The translations under genes and the position numbers were made by a program. Under the pieces are notes generated by a model. It made no database searches. It was not told the origin of the DNA and saw nothing but the letters and a program-made list of their open reading frames with translations. A stretch of 63,379 nucleotides of DNA, the filler included, from Octopus bimaculoides (taxonomy: Eukaryota), in the NCBI RefSeq assembly GCF_001194135.2. It is 5 parts of 5 records of this genome, joined end to end, with 100 filler letters (N's around TTAATTAATTAA, not from the genome) between each part and the next. Parts side by side here need not be neighbours in the genome. Positions count along the whole stretch, not along the records: positions 24,380 to 42,847 come from NC_069002.1; 4 more parts are not named here. One strand, 5' to 3'. Below are positions 25,998-38,743 of this stretch, one piece after another; the first letter of the stretch is position 1, and every line of letters starts with the position of its first letter.

Positions 25998-26390
25998 ACG
26001 CACACAAACACACACACACGCAGAATCACAACTGCTGAGAATTAATGATAAATAATCACGCTCACACACAATCACTCACAGAACGACGCTACTTCATACA
26101 CAACGACCTGTAATGTTTCATAAAAATTACAGAAAAGATTTAATATACATATGCATTTATATACAAACATACGTACAATACACATATACATGAACATAAA
26201 TGCATGCATAAATATACATATATATATTTCTATATCTCTATCTATCTGTCTATCTATCTATCTATCAATCTATCTATCTGTCTATCTATCTATCTATCTA
26301 TCTATCTATCAATCTATCAATCTATCTATCTTTTTTTTGGTGTAGTTTCAGCTCAGAGCTGCGGCCATGCAGATGCGTACGTATATGTAA

Positions 26391-26442
<52 letters not shown>

Positions 26443-26516
26443 TCACATCAAGCGATCTTTAATCTGTAAAAATACAGAAGCCTATTACCGTGCACCATAT
26501 TATGACACAGTGACTA

Positions 26517-26590
26517 GGTGGAGCTCAGTGGTTAGGCTGTTGGGCTTTCAGTCATGAGGTCATGCGTTCGATTCTGGGATCAGGCGGTTC
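26517..26590 (+). mobile_element. tRNA-derived SINE head
   Basis: A-box gctcagtggttag and B-box gttcgattct; no complete cloverleaf. Confidence 0.65.
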
Positions 26591-26638
26591 CTTATACCGT
26601 AGTATTCTATGAAAGAGGGGTTAATACAAAAGAAACAA

Positions 26639-27006
26639 TTATTACCTCCACCTTAGAGAAGGTGGAGTTACAGTTTCCAATCGTGCTTGTTTGTTTATTT
26701 GTTTGTCCGTCGACAAGATATCTCAAGAACCGCTGAATGGATTCGGATAAAACTTCCAGGGATGTTTCGCCTCGTGACTTGCACGAACCGATTAGATTTC
26801 AGGATCGACAAAGATTCTGAATATTCTTCTTGTTTTTTTTTTACTTAATTTTTAACTGTGGTCGGGTTAATTTTTAGTATTCTCGTTTGTGAGAGCAGCC
26901 AAGTTTATTTCAGATATCCTCATTTTAAAAATCATCTCTGGCTAATCGTTGAGAGGACGTTGGTATTGCCTTGGCGGAGATGTGTACCCTCTCAGTGATC
27001 TTGTTA
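26639..27006 (+). mobile_element. Helentron-associated non-autonomous element (HINE/DINE-1-like)
   Basis: 5' ttattacctccacc with hairpin ctccacctt-agag-aaggtggag (26646-26667), a following gtttgttt microsatellite, subterminal inverted copy ccttggcggag (26969-26979) and a 3' end ..cttgtt. Confidence 0.65.
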
Positions 27007-27087
27007 TTATTATCTACAAGCTCGGGGGTAGCTGTGTGTCAAGAAATTTGCTTCTCAACAACGTAGTTCTGGAATTTGTAGGACATA

Positions 27088-27172
27088 TATAAAGAGAAAG
27101 TTAGTCTTACAGCCGTTTCTGGGATATTAGGGATATCCCAGAAACAGGTGTAAGACTAACTTTCTCTTTATA
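27088..27172. repeat. Palindrome with 40-bp arms (2 mismatches) and a 5-nt loop, containing the 3' half of a hammerhead motif
   Basis: 27088-27127 versus 27133-27172. The right arm cccagaaacaggtgtaagact nearly matches cccagaaacagctgtaagact at 20352-20372. Confidence 0.93.
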
Positions 27173-27482
27173 AATGTACTGAAAATTCCACACACCTTTG
27201 GCTTTCTTGTCCAATTTTATCTAACATATACATGCTCATACAAGACCCACATTAGACTCCTCACTCGTATTATTATCGAACTGAGAGTTTAACCGCAGTC
27301 CTTCCATAGCACTTACAGAGCTTTACTTCCTATTTGGGTCTTCTCGATACCAATACCTCTCTCTTATATATATATATATATATATGAGATAAAGTTACTT
27401 GGAAATGGCTGCATGGCGTTCAATCACATGATAATATAAATAAAAACTATACATATATACATATAAATATGTACATACTAAC

Positions 27483-27513
<31 letters not shown>

Positions 27514-27589
27514 TGAGTACAGTTCATCTAAAAACGTAAACAACATATATGTATATATATTTATTTATATATACATGTGTGTGTGTGTG

Positions 27590-27835
27590 TGTGTCTGTGT
27601 GTCTGTGCGTCTGTGTCCGTGTTTGTCTCCCACCATCGCTTGACAATCGATGTTGCAGTGTTTACGTCCCCGTAACTTAGAAGTTCGGCAAAAGTGGCCT
27701 ATAAATTAAGTACTAGGTTTACAAAAAATAAGCCCTGGGGTCAATTTATTCTACTAAAAATCCTTAATGGCAGTGCGCCAGCATTGCTGTAGTCAAATTA
27801 CTGAAACAAGTAAAAAAATAAAATAAAATAAAACC
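27590..27835 (+). mobile_element. SINE family A 3' half
   Basis: gtttgtctcccaccatcgcttgacaatcgatg..gtaacttag..taagtactagg..ctgaaacaagtaaaa. Confidence 0.88.
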
Positions 27836-27864
27836 TATCATTTAGACCAATGTACGTGTGTGTA

Positions 27865-28200
27865 GTAAGATGTTTGGTTCTGGGTTTAGTCTCACCGCGT
27901 GCCAATTTGGGCAAGTGTCGGCTATTGTAGCCACAGGCCGAGTAGGTCCTTGTGAATGGATTTGGTAGCCGAAAACAATGTGTGTGTGTGTATGTGTGTG
28001 TTTACCGTCAGAACCGCTTCTCAACTGGTGTTGGTGTTTGTCCTTGTAACTGAGCGGTTCAGCAAAAGATGGCGGTAGGATGACTACTAGGCTTACAAGT
28101 GTATAATAATAAGCACTGGCATGTATTCGTTGTAACAAAATTCTTCATGCGGTGCTCCAGTATGGTCGCAGACTGAAACAATTAGGATACAAAAGATAAC
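27865..28200 (+). mobile_element. SINE family A, old degenerate copy
   Basis: ggttctgggtttagtc..ttgggcaagtgtc..tggatttggtag..gcggtgctccag. Confidence 0.75.
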
Positions 28201-28485
28201 AGATATTAACTTTTTTCTTGTATTTTGCATTTTCCTTACGTTTCCGAGTCTGGTACTTATTCTGCTGATCCGACCATTTTTGCAGAATGCTGAGTTAGGA
28301 GAACATAAGCATGCCATCACCAGTTGTTCATCGGCAGTGGAACAAGCACAACACAAAAAAACGTCCATATGTATATGTACCTACACACACACACACATAC
28401 ACACACACACACAGTCATAAATATACTCATATACATACATATATACATATGTGCACATATTTATACATATATGCATATACATACT

Positions 28486-28520
<35 letters not shown>

Positions 28521-28576
28521 CTGACCACAACATACAATTTTTTTCTCCGTGTTTTTCTCCTTGTTTTTCTCCTTAT

Positions 28577-28613
28577 TCTTTCTGTTGAAGAGCGTAGCTC
28601 GAAACGTTAAAGA
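28577..28613 (+). ncRNA. Minimal hammerhead-like motif with CUGUUGA core, within a pLTR-like repeat (about 28535-28710)
   Basis: tcttt CTGTTGA a gagc-gta-gctc GAAA c-g T T aaaga. Stem I 5 bp, stem II 4 bp, palindromic acgt, GUU triplet. Confidence 0.55.
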
Positions 28614-28733
28614 CTTTCTCTATTCTCGACCGTTAATCTAATACATCCTTTTGTTGTTTACACCACCTGTCCTCGTCTGTTGTTGTTTTTTTTCCGTAAA
28701 TTCTCCCATATATATATGTATATATATATATTT

Positions 28734-28764
<31 letters not shown>

Positions 28765-28804
28765 GAATAATAATGTAGTCAGAATGTTGGATGATTATAT
28801 ATAT

Positions 28805-29415
28805 ATTTTTTACGTATTGACTACTCTGTTCATTTATGGCCCTCTGTATCTCGGAACTTTTGTGGATTTGGGGCAATCTGTAGAAATTGCTCTCTTTGAT
28901 TATGGAGTTGCATGCGTAGTCCTTTTCTTTATCTGAGAAGGAGTACTGGTATTTGTTAATTAATACTTGGATTTTATTCAGTGTTGATTTTTCCAGGTGT
29001 CTTTATTTTTCCTTATAGTATATTTGATCTGTTAAAATTCCTAGTATTTCTTCTTTGTAGTAGTTTGTGTCCATGATTACTATCGCCCCACCCTTGTTGG
29101 CTTCCTTTATGATGACTGAGCTGTCTTTATTTAGTCTTTGTAAAACTTCCCTTTCTCCTTCGTGGAGGTTCTGTTTGCTTTTATTGGTACTGAGAGGAAA
29201 TTTCGAGATTGTTTCTATATATGTATCTAGGTGTTTATCGCTTCCCTTGTTAGGGGTGAAATGAGATTTTTTTCTTACAATTGATTCGTCCTCTACTTTC
29301 TTGTTGTCGAAGAATTTCTATAAGATGGAAGTGACGGCTGAAGTTCTCCATATCGGATTTTAGTTCTATGCGATACGGAGTGGATCTCGGGGTAATGTGA
29401 AATGCTCAAGGAACG
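28805..29415 (-). pseudogene. Penelope-like element ORF fragment (N-terminal and early RT region)
   Basis: Minus translation: TPRSTPYRIELKSDMENFSRHFHL..QNLHEGEREVLQRLNKDSSVIIKEANKGGAIVIMDTNYYKEE.. then, after a frameshift, SNFYRLPQIHKS. These match the PLE K-x-A-D-K-G-x-x-x-V-I-M and F-Y-x-L-P-K-I-H-K motifs. Confidence 0.88.
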
Positions 29416-30030
29416 ATCCAAACTTCCGAAAAAAAATGGAGGTACACTTCATAAAGAAGTTCGCACCAAAATTAAACGTCTGAAAAAAACGGAGACATTT
29501 AGAAATATGTGAAGAAAAATATGTGACCTTTAAAACATATTCAAAACAAAACAGCCAACCAGAAACAGATTAATTAAAATAGAAAAATTCTTTTTTCTTT
29601 CATTTCTTTTCCCTCCCCCACCTTAAAAGGTCACTATGTACTAAACAAACAAGTCTGGCCATACAAAAGCCACGCCTCTTTACCTCCTACTCCTTCTCAA
29701 AGAAATTTGTTTCTTTTCTTCTCCCTTGCTTGGCAAACCCGAGAAAATTCTTTATAAAAAGGCCAAGAAATGTAAATTTGAATCATTTTTAGCTAACCCC
29801 GATAAACGGAAGAAAGCGCTAAAAATGTAAATAAGATGTAAATAGTAAATAGAATATATATATAAACATCCAACATTCTGACTACCTTGTTATTCTAAAT
29901 ATACAATATCTGTACAACACTTCAAAGACTCTTTCTGTGTGTGTGCGTGTGTGTATAATTTAATATACACAGTATTTTTATATCTTTATACTCTGTACAT
30001 TAAATGATATTTGCAGTGTTATTACCTGTT

Positions 30031-30282
30031 CAAATATACTTGTGGCACGTTCGAACTCGTAAGCAAGCCGTTCACTGTGTTTTGTATGGAGAAAATTTCT
30101 TTTGGTAGACATATGGTGTAAATACGCCTAAATCAGCTCGCAGCACCAGATAACCAAACTGTGAGATGCAAGCATTTCGGAGTGGTTGTCTCCTCATCAG
30201 TTAGAGAAACCGAAAATATTTTCCATGACAAAACACAGAGAATCGGTTGCTTACGAGTTCGAACTTGCCACAAGCATATTTG
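30031..30282. mobile_element. Small foldback element with about 69-bp imperfect inverted arms
   Basis: caaatatacttgtggcacgttcgaactcgtaagcaa.. versus the reverse complement of ..ttgcttacgagttcgaacttgccacaagcatatttg. Confidence 0.88.
30159..30206 (-). ncRNA. Minimal type I hammerhead motif with intact core, inside the foldback
   Basis: Minus strand: ctctaa CTGATGA ggag-acaacca-ctcc GAAA tgc-tt-gca T C tcacag. Stem II 4 bp, stem III atgc/gcat, AUC triplet (C17 at 30165); stem I only 4 of 6 pairs. Confidence 0.6.
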
Positions 30283-30326
30283 CATTTATACACATTGTAT
30301 TTATACACATTGCATTTATACACATT
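30281..30326. repeat. Three tandem 15-bp units tg(c/t)atttatacacat
   Basis: Direct reading. Confidence 0.85.
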
Positions 30327-30463
30327 ACTGCTTAGTGCCCCAACATGTAAATGATATTTATCCCTCACTGGATGGAGTACATTTTCCCCGATCTTGACGT
30401 CATGGAACTATAAACTATACATACATATATACATATGTGCTTGTTTGTGTGTGCGCGCGGGTA

Positions 30464-30494
<31 letters not shown>

Positions 30495-31367
30495 ATGTAT
30501 GTCTGAAAAGTGTGTTTGTGTACTGTTTTTCCTTCTATTAATTATTTGTCTTCACTGAAGCCTGCATTTTTATCTAGGGAGGGCAGAACAATGTAGCTCT
30601 GTTTATGTTTGCGCTACAAGTGATTACTAGTATTTTTTACGGAGAGAAACATGTAACCAGTCTGTGAAAGTGTTATGTTAATATAAGATCGAACTACTTA
30701 GATCGATGACTTTTTTGACCCACAGGCAGAAAAAAAACCTGGGTTAACGATTATGTCACTTTTGACAGCGAGCTTACAATGAATGCTCACGAAAAACAGA
30801 ACACACGCTTATAAGTTTACCTTGCATGCCTACTAATGTTATCGTTGTGTTTTCTTTGTATTAAATTATCTCACCTTGGCAGGCATGCATATGTATACAT
30901 ACATTCAGACACATGCCTATATAGCGCAATTATATGTATGTATAAATGAGTATATATACATATTTGTGAATGATTGTGTGTAAATATATATGTACGTTTA
31001 TACGTTCGTGCACGTATATGCTTACCCCCCCCCCCCACACTCTCTTTCTCTCACACACACACACGTATATATATATATTAAATATAAGTATAAAATAATG
31101 TATGCATTTTGTGTGCGCTGTGTATATTGTATGTGTGTGTCTCTCAATTTCAACCATTCTTTTGGAAGCATGCTGGTTCACCACTTCTAAGGGTTTTTAT
31201 CGATTATATCGACCTTAGTACGTTGTATGCTGCTTATTTCATCATCTTCGTATGATACCAAACGTAAAGTGAGTATTGACGTAATGGAAGGTAGTCGAAT
31301 ATGAGATAAAGTGAACGTTACTCTTCCAAAGTACCTGTTTTCATGTTATACATACATACATACATAC

Positions 31368-31486
<119 letters not shown>

Positions 31487-34104
31487 GAGAGAGAAAGAGA
31501 GAGAGCGAGAGAGAGCGAGAGAGAGCGAGAGGAAGAGAGAGAAATATACACATCTGTGTGTATGTGCATGTGTATGTGTGCAGGTATGTATGCATAATAT
31601 CAGGAAAATGCGTGCGTAGATGTAATAATATTGTTAGCTAATCGAATCTGATATAGTACAAGATCGGGAGAAATGAAAGCTTATGCATATTGCAAATGAA
31701 GTTGGAACTGGAATGTAAAATTTGTTTTTAGTTTCATTGAAATGTGAAAATATAAACCCCTCTTTAGATTCTAAGTGCCTCTAAAGTGGAAATTTTGTAT
31801 GGAATTTCCCGTATTTACTTACTCAAAAATAAATGAAAGAAGCGTGTGTCGAATCACTCATGATAGCGTCTTTCACTGTTTATAAATGCTAAGCTACCTT
31901 CGTCTTATGTTTTTGTAATCATTGCTGCCGAGACATTTAATCATACAGAAATACGAGCTCATTTAGTGCTGGGGAAGAGTAACTAGAACACACTGTACCT
32001 TATCTGGTGACATTTATTTAGACAGTAATACTCTTTTAGCTCGGGGAATGTGTAGGGTCAACCTTCTCGTATTAAAAAATGAGCAAGCGGCACAGAATCT
32101 ATCTTCACGAAGCTCGAGATGTTCAACACTCGTGGGCTTTTGCTACCCAGAAACTCTCCCTAACACTCATGACTTCAAATCTTTTCTCAAAGTACACAAA
32201 ATTTCCTCCGATTCAGCATAAACCCTTGTGTATAATCTCATTTTCAATACGCACGTGAGAGTGCAATGGCAGAAAGAAAATGACCCTTTAAACTTAATCA
32301 TATTTCCAACATGCTGTTTATATGTTTACACACAAACTAAGTACCTTAGTTTTCTCTTTATAATCTTTTCCCTGCATTTTTTCATTCAAAACCCCAAAAG
32401 ACATAACTTAAATTGAAATTCCATTTTCAACCTCTTTGTGGTCTGTGATTTTTAGGTTCAGTTAATTAAGAATATTATTAATATTATCACTCATGTCCGT
32501 GCATTTTCTTGCCTTGTTAGGCAACGCTTTTTACAGACAAACAAAAAGTAATTGTTAATAAGGAATCCGAGACAAATCAATAAAGCGGCAACAGCAGCAG
32601 CAGCAGCAGTAGCTGCGGCAACAGCAACAGATGGAATGGATGATGCCAGTCAGGAAGCAATGCAGCAAATATGAGTCGATCAAGCCAATGAAAACCGTGT
32701 TTAGATTCTTGAAAAATATCTCGAGTACGACGTGAGAATCCTCATAGATCAGACATAAAATACACTTGAAACTAACACGACAAAGCAAGTTTAAGGTGGT
32801 CAGCTTAACCATACCTCGAGTCTCTTCTTAGGTCAGGCCTAACATGCTCTTGATGCTACTATGATAAATCAGTCATCATTTGTCCACCCTGAAGATGCGT
32901 CAGATGTGCCTCTTAGTTTAGTTCTTTGCTGCCCTTGCCGTGTCCAGACCGGACGATCACGAGAAGAGTACTAAAGGACATAGAAAACGTATAAGAATAA
33001 TAGTAAACAGCTATAGTAAACATTAAAATAAATAATATATTGTTAAAATCAAAAACCATTTTAATAAAATGTTTATACATTTTCAAAAGGTATTTGGAAG
33101 TTCTTGGTTTCATTTATGTTCAAATGCAAATAACGATTTGAAAGATCGCGTAAAAATAAAATATTTTACATATAATAAAATTAGCGACTATAAATTTTTA
33201 ATATCCACTTCCATTAGTTTATCAAATTTTGATATATTTTAATGTTTTTTGATTATTGTTTATTGATATTTTTTTACGCCAATTAACTATGCCAAATTAT
33301 AATTGTTTTGTTGTCATATAAACTAGAAAATTGGTCGAACGAAAAATATTTTTTTGCGGGATTAGTGCATTTAATGAGCATTAAATTCTTAACATAGATA
33401 TGTTTTAAAATTTATTATTTACTGGATGCTATTGGGTTTCATTCTTTTAGGGTCGATACATAAAGTACCAGACCTGCAATTGGATAAATTCTTTTCCTTT
33501 TAGAATTCTGTTTTCTTGGCTTGGCATCCTCTCTCCCTTCCCCTCTCTCTTGGTCTTTCTCTCAGGAAGAAATTGACTCTGGTAAGACCTCGACAAGGAT
33601 GGGCCCTGTCGAATGCCCAAGGCACTCCGTTTGTCACGCCACTGAGAGTCCAAGGTATAGTTTGGCATGTATGAATCATAATAAACAAATGAAAACTCTT
33701 CGTTTTAGAATAAATACAGATCGATAAGACATTGCCTAAACATCGTCAACATCTGGTGTGTGTTGTATGTAAGCCTTTGATATTTAGCCTCGTTGTGAAC
33801 TTTAGAATCTGTAGTTAAACGGCATCATTTCCTCCCCCTGTTCTGAAACACGTGAGGAAAATGGTTATTCTGTTTTTTTTTTATCCCACTCCATTAAAGA
33901 TCGATTCCTCGTTTTCCTGGCTATCAAGTGCGGGGTAGTGAAGGCCTATTTATAGAATACACAAATTTGTTTCTAACTAAATTAGTCTTCGTAAATTAAC
34001 ATAACAGTGGAATTGTTGGCAACGTTAATTAATTAAGAGAAACGTTAAACGGTCTGTGTTTTTAGTAAATATATAACCTTTTACTACTACTACTACTGCT
34101 ACTG

Positions 34105-34136
<32 letters not shown>

Positions 34137-34159
34137 GCGACTCCCTCCGAATCTCTGTA

Positions 34160-34562
34160 TGTTATGTGGTATTTGGTGAAGAATGGAGGATGAAGTTGCT
34201 ACCCTCATTTACGTTTTCTACCTCGTAGTAGGTTCATGCGGAACTCGTAACAGAAATAGACTCAGTTTTGCTTTGAAGACACCCACATTCACCACATATA
34301 GACTCCTCAGATTTTTGGGAAGGATACTGAAGTGCTACTGCGGGCCCTTGAAATCCAAGTTGTTGCAGAATCTGGTCCTGTATCTTGATGGTGATGTTGG
34401 GATCTTTGGTACTATGCAGTGGTGCCCCGTTCTGGCGTTTGTGTAACATTCAATGGAAAAGATTGGTAAAAGTTCTTCCAGGAATTTTGCATGTATATCA
34501 TTGCATATCTTTCCCACCTTCGTTTCAGGAAGTAGAGTCTTAACGTTTTCAGCCGTTCCCGG

Positions 34563-34563
<1 letters not shown>
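34160..34563 (-). mobile_element. CR1-clade LINE 3' fragment
   Basis: Minus translation [49 protein letters not shown] fits the Y-x-ERL-x-x-L-x-L-x-x-L-x-x-RR and LP-x-x-LR CR1 C-terminal motifs. Confidence 0.82.
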
Positions 34564-34601
<38 letters not shown>

Positions 34602-34621
34602 GTCTGTCTGTCCGTCTGCTC

Positions 34622-34720
<99 letters not shown>

Positions 34721-34722
34721 CA

Positions 34723-34773
<51 letters not shown>

Positions 34774-37251
34774 ATAGTGTTGCTGTCTCTTTGGAATTAT
34801 GGTACCATGATAGCTGGTACCATACCTTCACTAATTACTTTAGGTCCCCATGTAGTGAAATAAACCCATATTTAAACATGGCCCTCCCACCCTACCTCTA
34901 GCCGAAATATAAAGATGTTACAGCTAGTAGAAGATATGGTTGCATCACCATTGCACTGGTATATTTTTCTATTGACTCTGGATGGGCAGAAAGACAAAGT
35001 TAACCCTGGTGGAATTTGAACTCAGACCGCAGATTACTGCAACATATATCCTAATGTCTTTTATCCAACGCTTCACCTTCTCCTTGCATCTTGAATATTT
35101 TGTCTTTATAAATAAGAGGGAATTGACATTTAAAGACCGTTAACTTTTCATATTTTTCTGTGAACTAAAGATTTCGTTTTAAATCTTTTTGCTTTGTAAA
35201 TGTCTGTATTTAGATATGCAAAACATCCAAAGACAAAAAAGAAACAAAAAAACAAAAATCATAAAGAGAAAATTTTGATTTTTCCATTGTTCTTATTTAT
35301 TTATTTATTTTCGCACCAAAAAACAAAAAAAATATACACATATATATAAAGATTTTACAAATTTCCGTAGTTAAATGTTTAAAGAGCATTTACCTGTAGA
35401 TTTTTAGAAATATTATTGAAGGCTGAATTATTTTCCTTCACTTGAATGGAATATTTGTATCCCAGTAACCACTCAATAATCCGTGTCTCACATGAAAGAA
35501 ATAATAATTAAAGCATTATCTTCCACTTTCCTTTCTGAAATAAATAATATTTGTTATTGATCTTTATACTTTATTCTGCTTTATTTCATCATTTGTTTCA
35601 TGCCATTTTCCTCTGCACCGAAATATTTTTATAACAAACATTTTTTTTCAATTTTCCAACACAAATCTCCTTTTCCTTCAATAATTCCAAATCTTCTACT
35701 TTACGTTGTAAGTATTTATTCCTTAGCAACTCTAAAAAAAACAAAACAAAAACAAAACATAATAAACTGTACCACGTGCCTCTTTTCCAAAATTTACCGC
35801 ATCCAAAAAAACTATGCTAATTTCAAAATCCTCATTGATTTGGGAAAATTTTGATGAAAATTTCCAGTTTTCAAATTTCTACTAGCTCTTTTTTCTCATA
35901 TTTCAATTATTTATGCAAATATTTTTTATTAATTTTTATTATTTTTCTGTTTCCCATTTCAATAAAACTCATCGTTCTTCTCAGTATTTTCTTTCATTCA
36001 AGTGATTTCTATTTTTATGTATTTCTATCACATAACTCTTTCCCTTCTCCTTCAATTTACATATTTCTATACTAGTTTGTATCTTTATAGAATACTAGGC
36101 GAACATATCCAGAGACAACACAACGTAGACAAAGACACAGACAATTCGCATTCATTTCGGTAAACGGTAACTTGATAGAGCTCTGTTTGAGCGTAGAAAA
36201 AAATTACTTGCGGTATTTGTTTGAGTTTTACGTGCTCTGAGTTCAAATCTCGATGAAGTTAATTTTGTTTTTATACTTCCATGGTCGATAAAATGAAATA
36301 TCATCTATTGGGGGAGGGATGAATTGGTGCAATTGTTATAGCGCCCAAAGAAGTATCTTGTTTCTGCGAAACATTTATGCAGATAAAATGATTGTATACT
36401 AGCGTGACTCGTGAATATTTCACTGAATTAATGGTTAACCTATTGGATTATTTCTGAAAACTTTATCCCCAAAACCTGAAAGCGTAGTCTGTGTTGTGTT
36501 GTATGGAAAGACAATCACTCATCTGCTACTCATTGAAAAGTGAAGGAAATTGGAATACAATGATTACTTAATACACTTTATATATACACCTTATATACTT
36601 TATGCACAATTTTATAGACTTGATACACAGCTCTCTTAAAATAAATATTCACTCTTATTTTTCTATTTTTCCCATAAACAAAACAAAACAAAACATCTCG
36701 TACATATGATTTAACCTTTAGTTAAATTGCATATATCTGCCACGTAATTAATCGTGAATATTTCACAGAATTCCGCTAATGTGCATGTATTGATAAGTGA
36801 CATAAAATTAACTTCTCACTAGCCAATCACCACCACCACCACCACCGCCAAGAGCATTTGAATTTTGACTCAGAAATAAAGGTTTCCTAGTTAGATTTGA
36901 ACATGGAAACGTGTAGATATTCAGAATTACGACACCTGATGATATTCAAGGCCTGGAACTTCGCACGTAGATGAAATTTTTTTTGGGAAATCTGATTCAC
37001 CAGCAGACTATGTGGTCAGATGTTGTTTTGAATACCTACGACACAAATGAAATAAGGTGAATTGACTTAAAACAAGAATCGAACTCGGTTAGAAGTACCT
37101 CGTCTCCGGAATGTTTAACGCTTTCTCTGCAGATCCAACGCTACACATTGAGCCAATGAACTGCCATGACATTGTAACCTGGTCCTTTACAAGTAGTAGC
37201 TAAATATCCCTCAAAAGAGGTAATATAGAAAGGAGACAGAGATAACGTGAA

Positions 37252-37600
37252 GGCGCATGGTTCGGTGGTTAGAGCGTTGGGCTCACAATCATGAGGAAGT
37301 GAGTTCAATTCCTGAACCGGGCTGTGTGCTGTGTTTTTTGAGCAAGAGACTTTATTTCACGTTGCGCCAGTTCACTCAGCTGTAGAAAGGAATTGCGACG
37401 TCTCTTGTGCCAAGCTGTATCGGCCTTTGCTTTTCCTTTGCATAACATCGGTGGCATGGAGAAGGGAGGCTAGTGTGCATGGGTGACTGCTGGTCTTCCT
37501 TAAACAATCTTACCTGGACTTGTGCCTCGGAAGGGAAAATTCTATGTATGATCCCATGGTCATTCATGACCGGGGGTAGAACCTTTACCCTTTTACACTT
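37252..37600 (+). mobile_element. tRNA-derived SINE family C, full length
   Basis: A-box tggttcggtggttag, B-box gagttcaattcc, core-like ttgagcaagagactttatttcacgttgc, distinct tail. Confidence 0.85.
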
Positions 37601-37928
37601 TACAGAAAAAACACTCCATAACTGTTATATCTTGGTTATGCCAAAGGAAAAAAAAACAAACCATAAGACTTGATGATCAAAGCTGCATTTTCTTTGGGGA
37701 TAAGGCTAAGGATTCAAGACTGATTTAGATTTAAAATGAGAGAAACAACACAAACAAGTAACGCCATCAAACTGGCTTCAAAAGATTTCATTTTTTCGAC
37801 ATCTTTATTATTTCGTTTAATGTTTTTTTTAAAATTTCTTGCCTACATTAGTTATATATTTTTATTTCTGGATTTTACTGTTGTTGTTCTTGTTGTAGCA
37901 GTTTCTCTTGTTCTTGTAGCAGTTATTG

Positions 37929-37930
<2 letters not shown>

Positions 37931-37992
<62 letters not shown>
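37931..37992. repeat. (TTA)n microsatellite
   Basis: Direct reading. Confidence 0.97.
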
Positions 37993-37993
<1 letters not shown>

Positions 37994-38501
37994 CCCATTT
38001 TTTAAATCTGGGAATTTCTATAGCAAAATCAATTGCAAGTTCTCTGATTGTCTCGCAATGACTTTTCGACTATTCTTAGATGCAGAAAAGAGTAATACAT
38101 ATCTTCAACAAATAACTTCTTACAGGCGCATAGACACACNNNNNNNNNNNNNNNNNNNNNNNNNNNNNNNNNNNNNNNNNNNNNNNNNNNNNNNNNNNNN
38201 NNNNNNNNNNNNNNNNNNNNNNNNNNNNNNNNNNNNNNNNNNNNNNNNNNNNNNNNNNNNNNNNNNNNNNNNNNNNNNNNNNNNNNNNNNNNNNNNNNNN
38301 NNNNNNNNNNNNNNNNNNNNNNNNNNNNNNNNNNNNNNNNNNNNNNNNNNNNNNNNNNNNNNNNNNNNNNNNNNNNNNNNNNNNNNNNNNNNNNNNNNNN
38401 NNNNNNNNNNNNNNNNNNNNNNNNNNNNNNNNNNNNNNNNNNNNNNNNNNNNNNNNNNNNNNNNNNNNNNNNNNNNNNNNNNNNNNNNNNNNNNNNNNNN
38501 N

Positions 38502-38551
<50 letters not shown>

Positions 38552-38675
38552 CAAATAGATATACTGATATAGATATAAATATGCATATATGTACATACAT
38601 AAAAATGTGTGCGCATACGTATATATATATATGTGTATATATATGTATACATGTATAGTTGAATGTATGTATGTA

Positions 38676-38743
<68 letters not shown>

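Noticed and set aside
36900-36980. gaaacgtg..ctgatga as a possible type II hammerhead
   Set aside because: It would need G at the cleavage position, and stems I and II do not pair convincingly.
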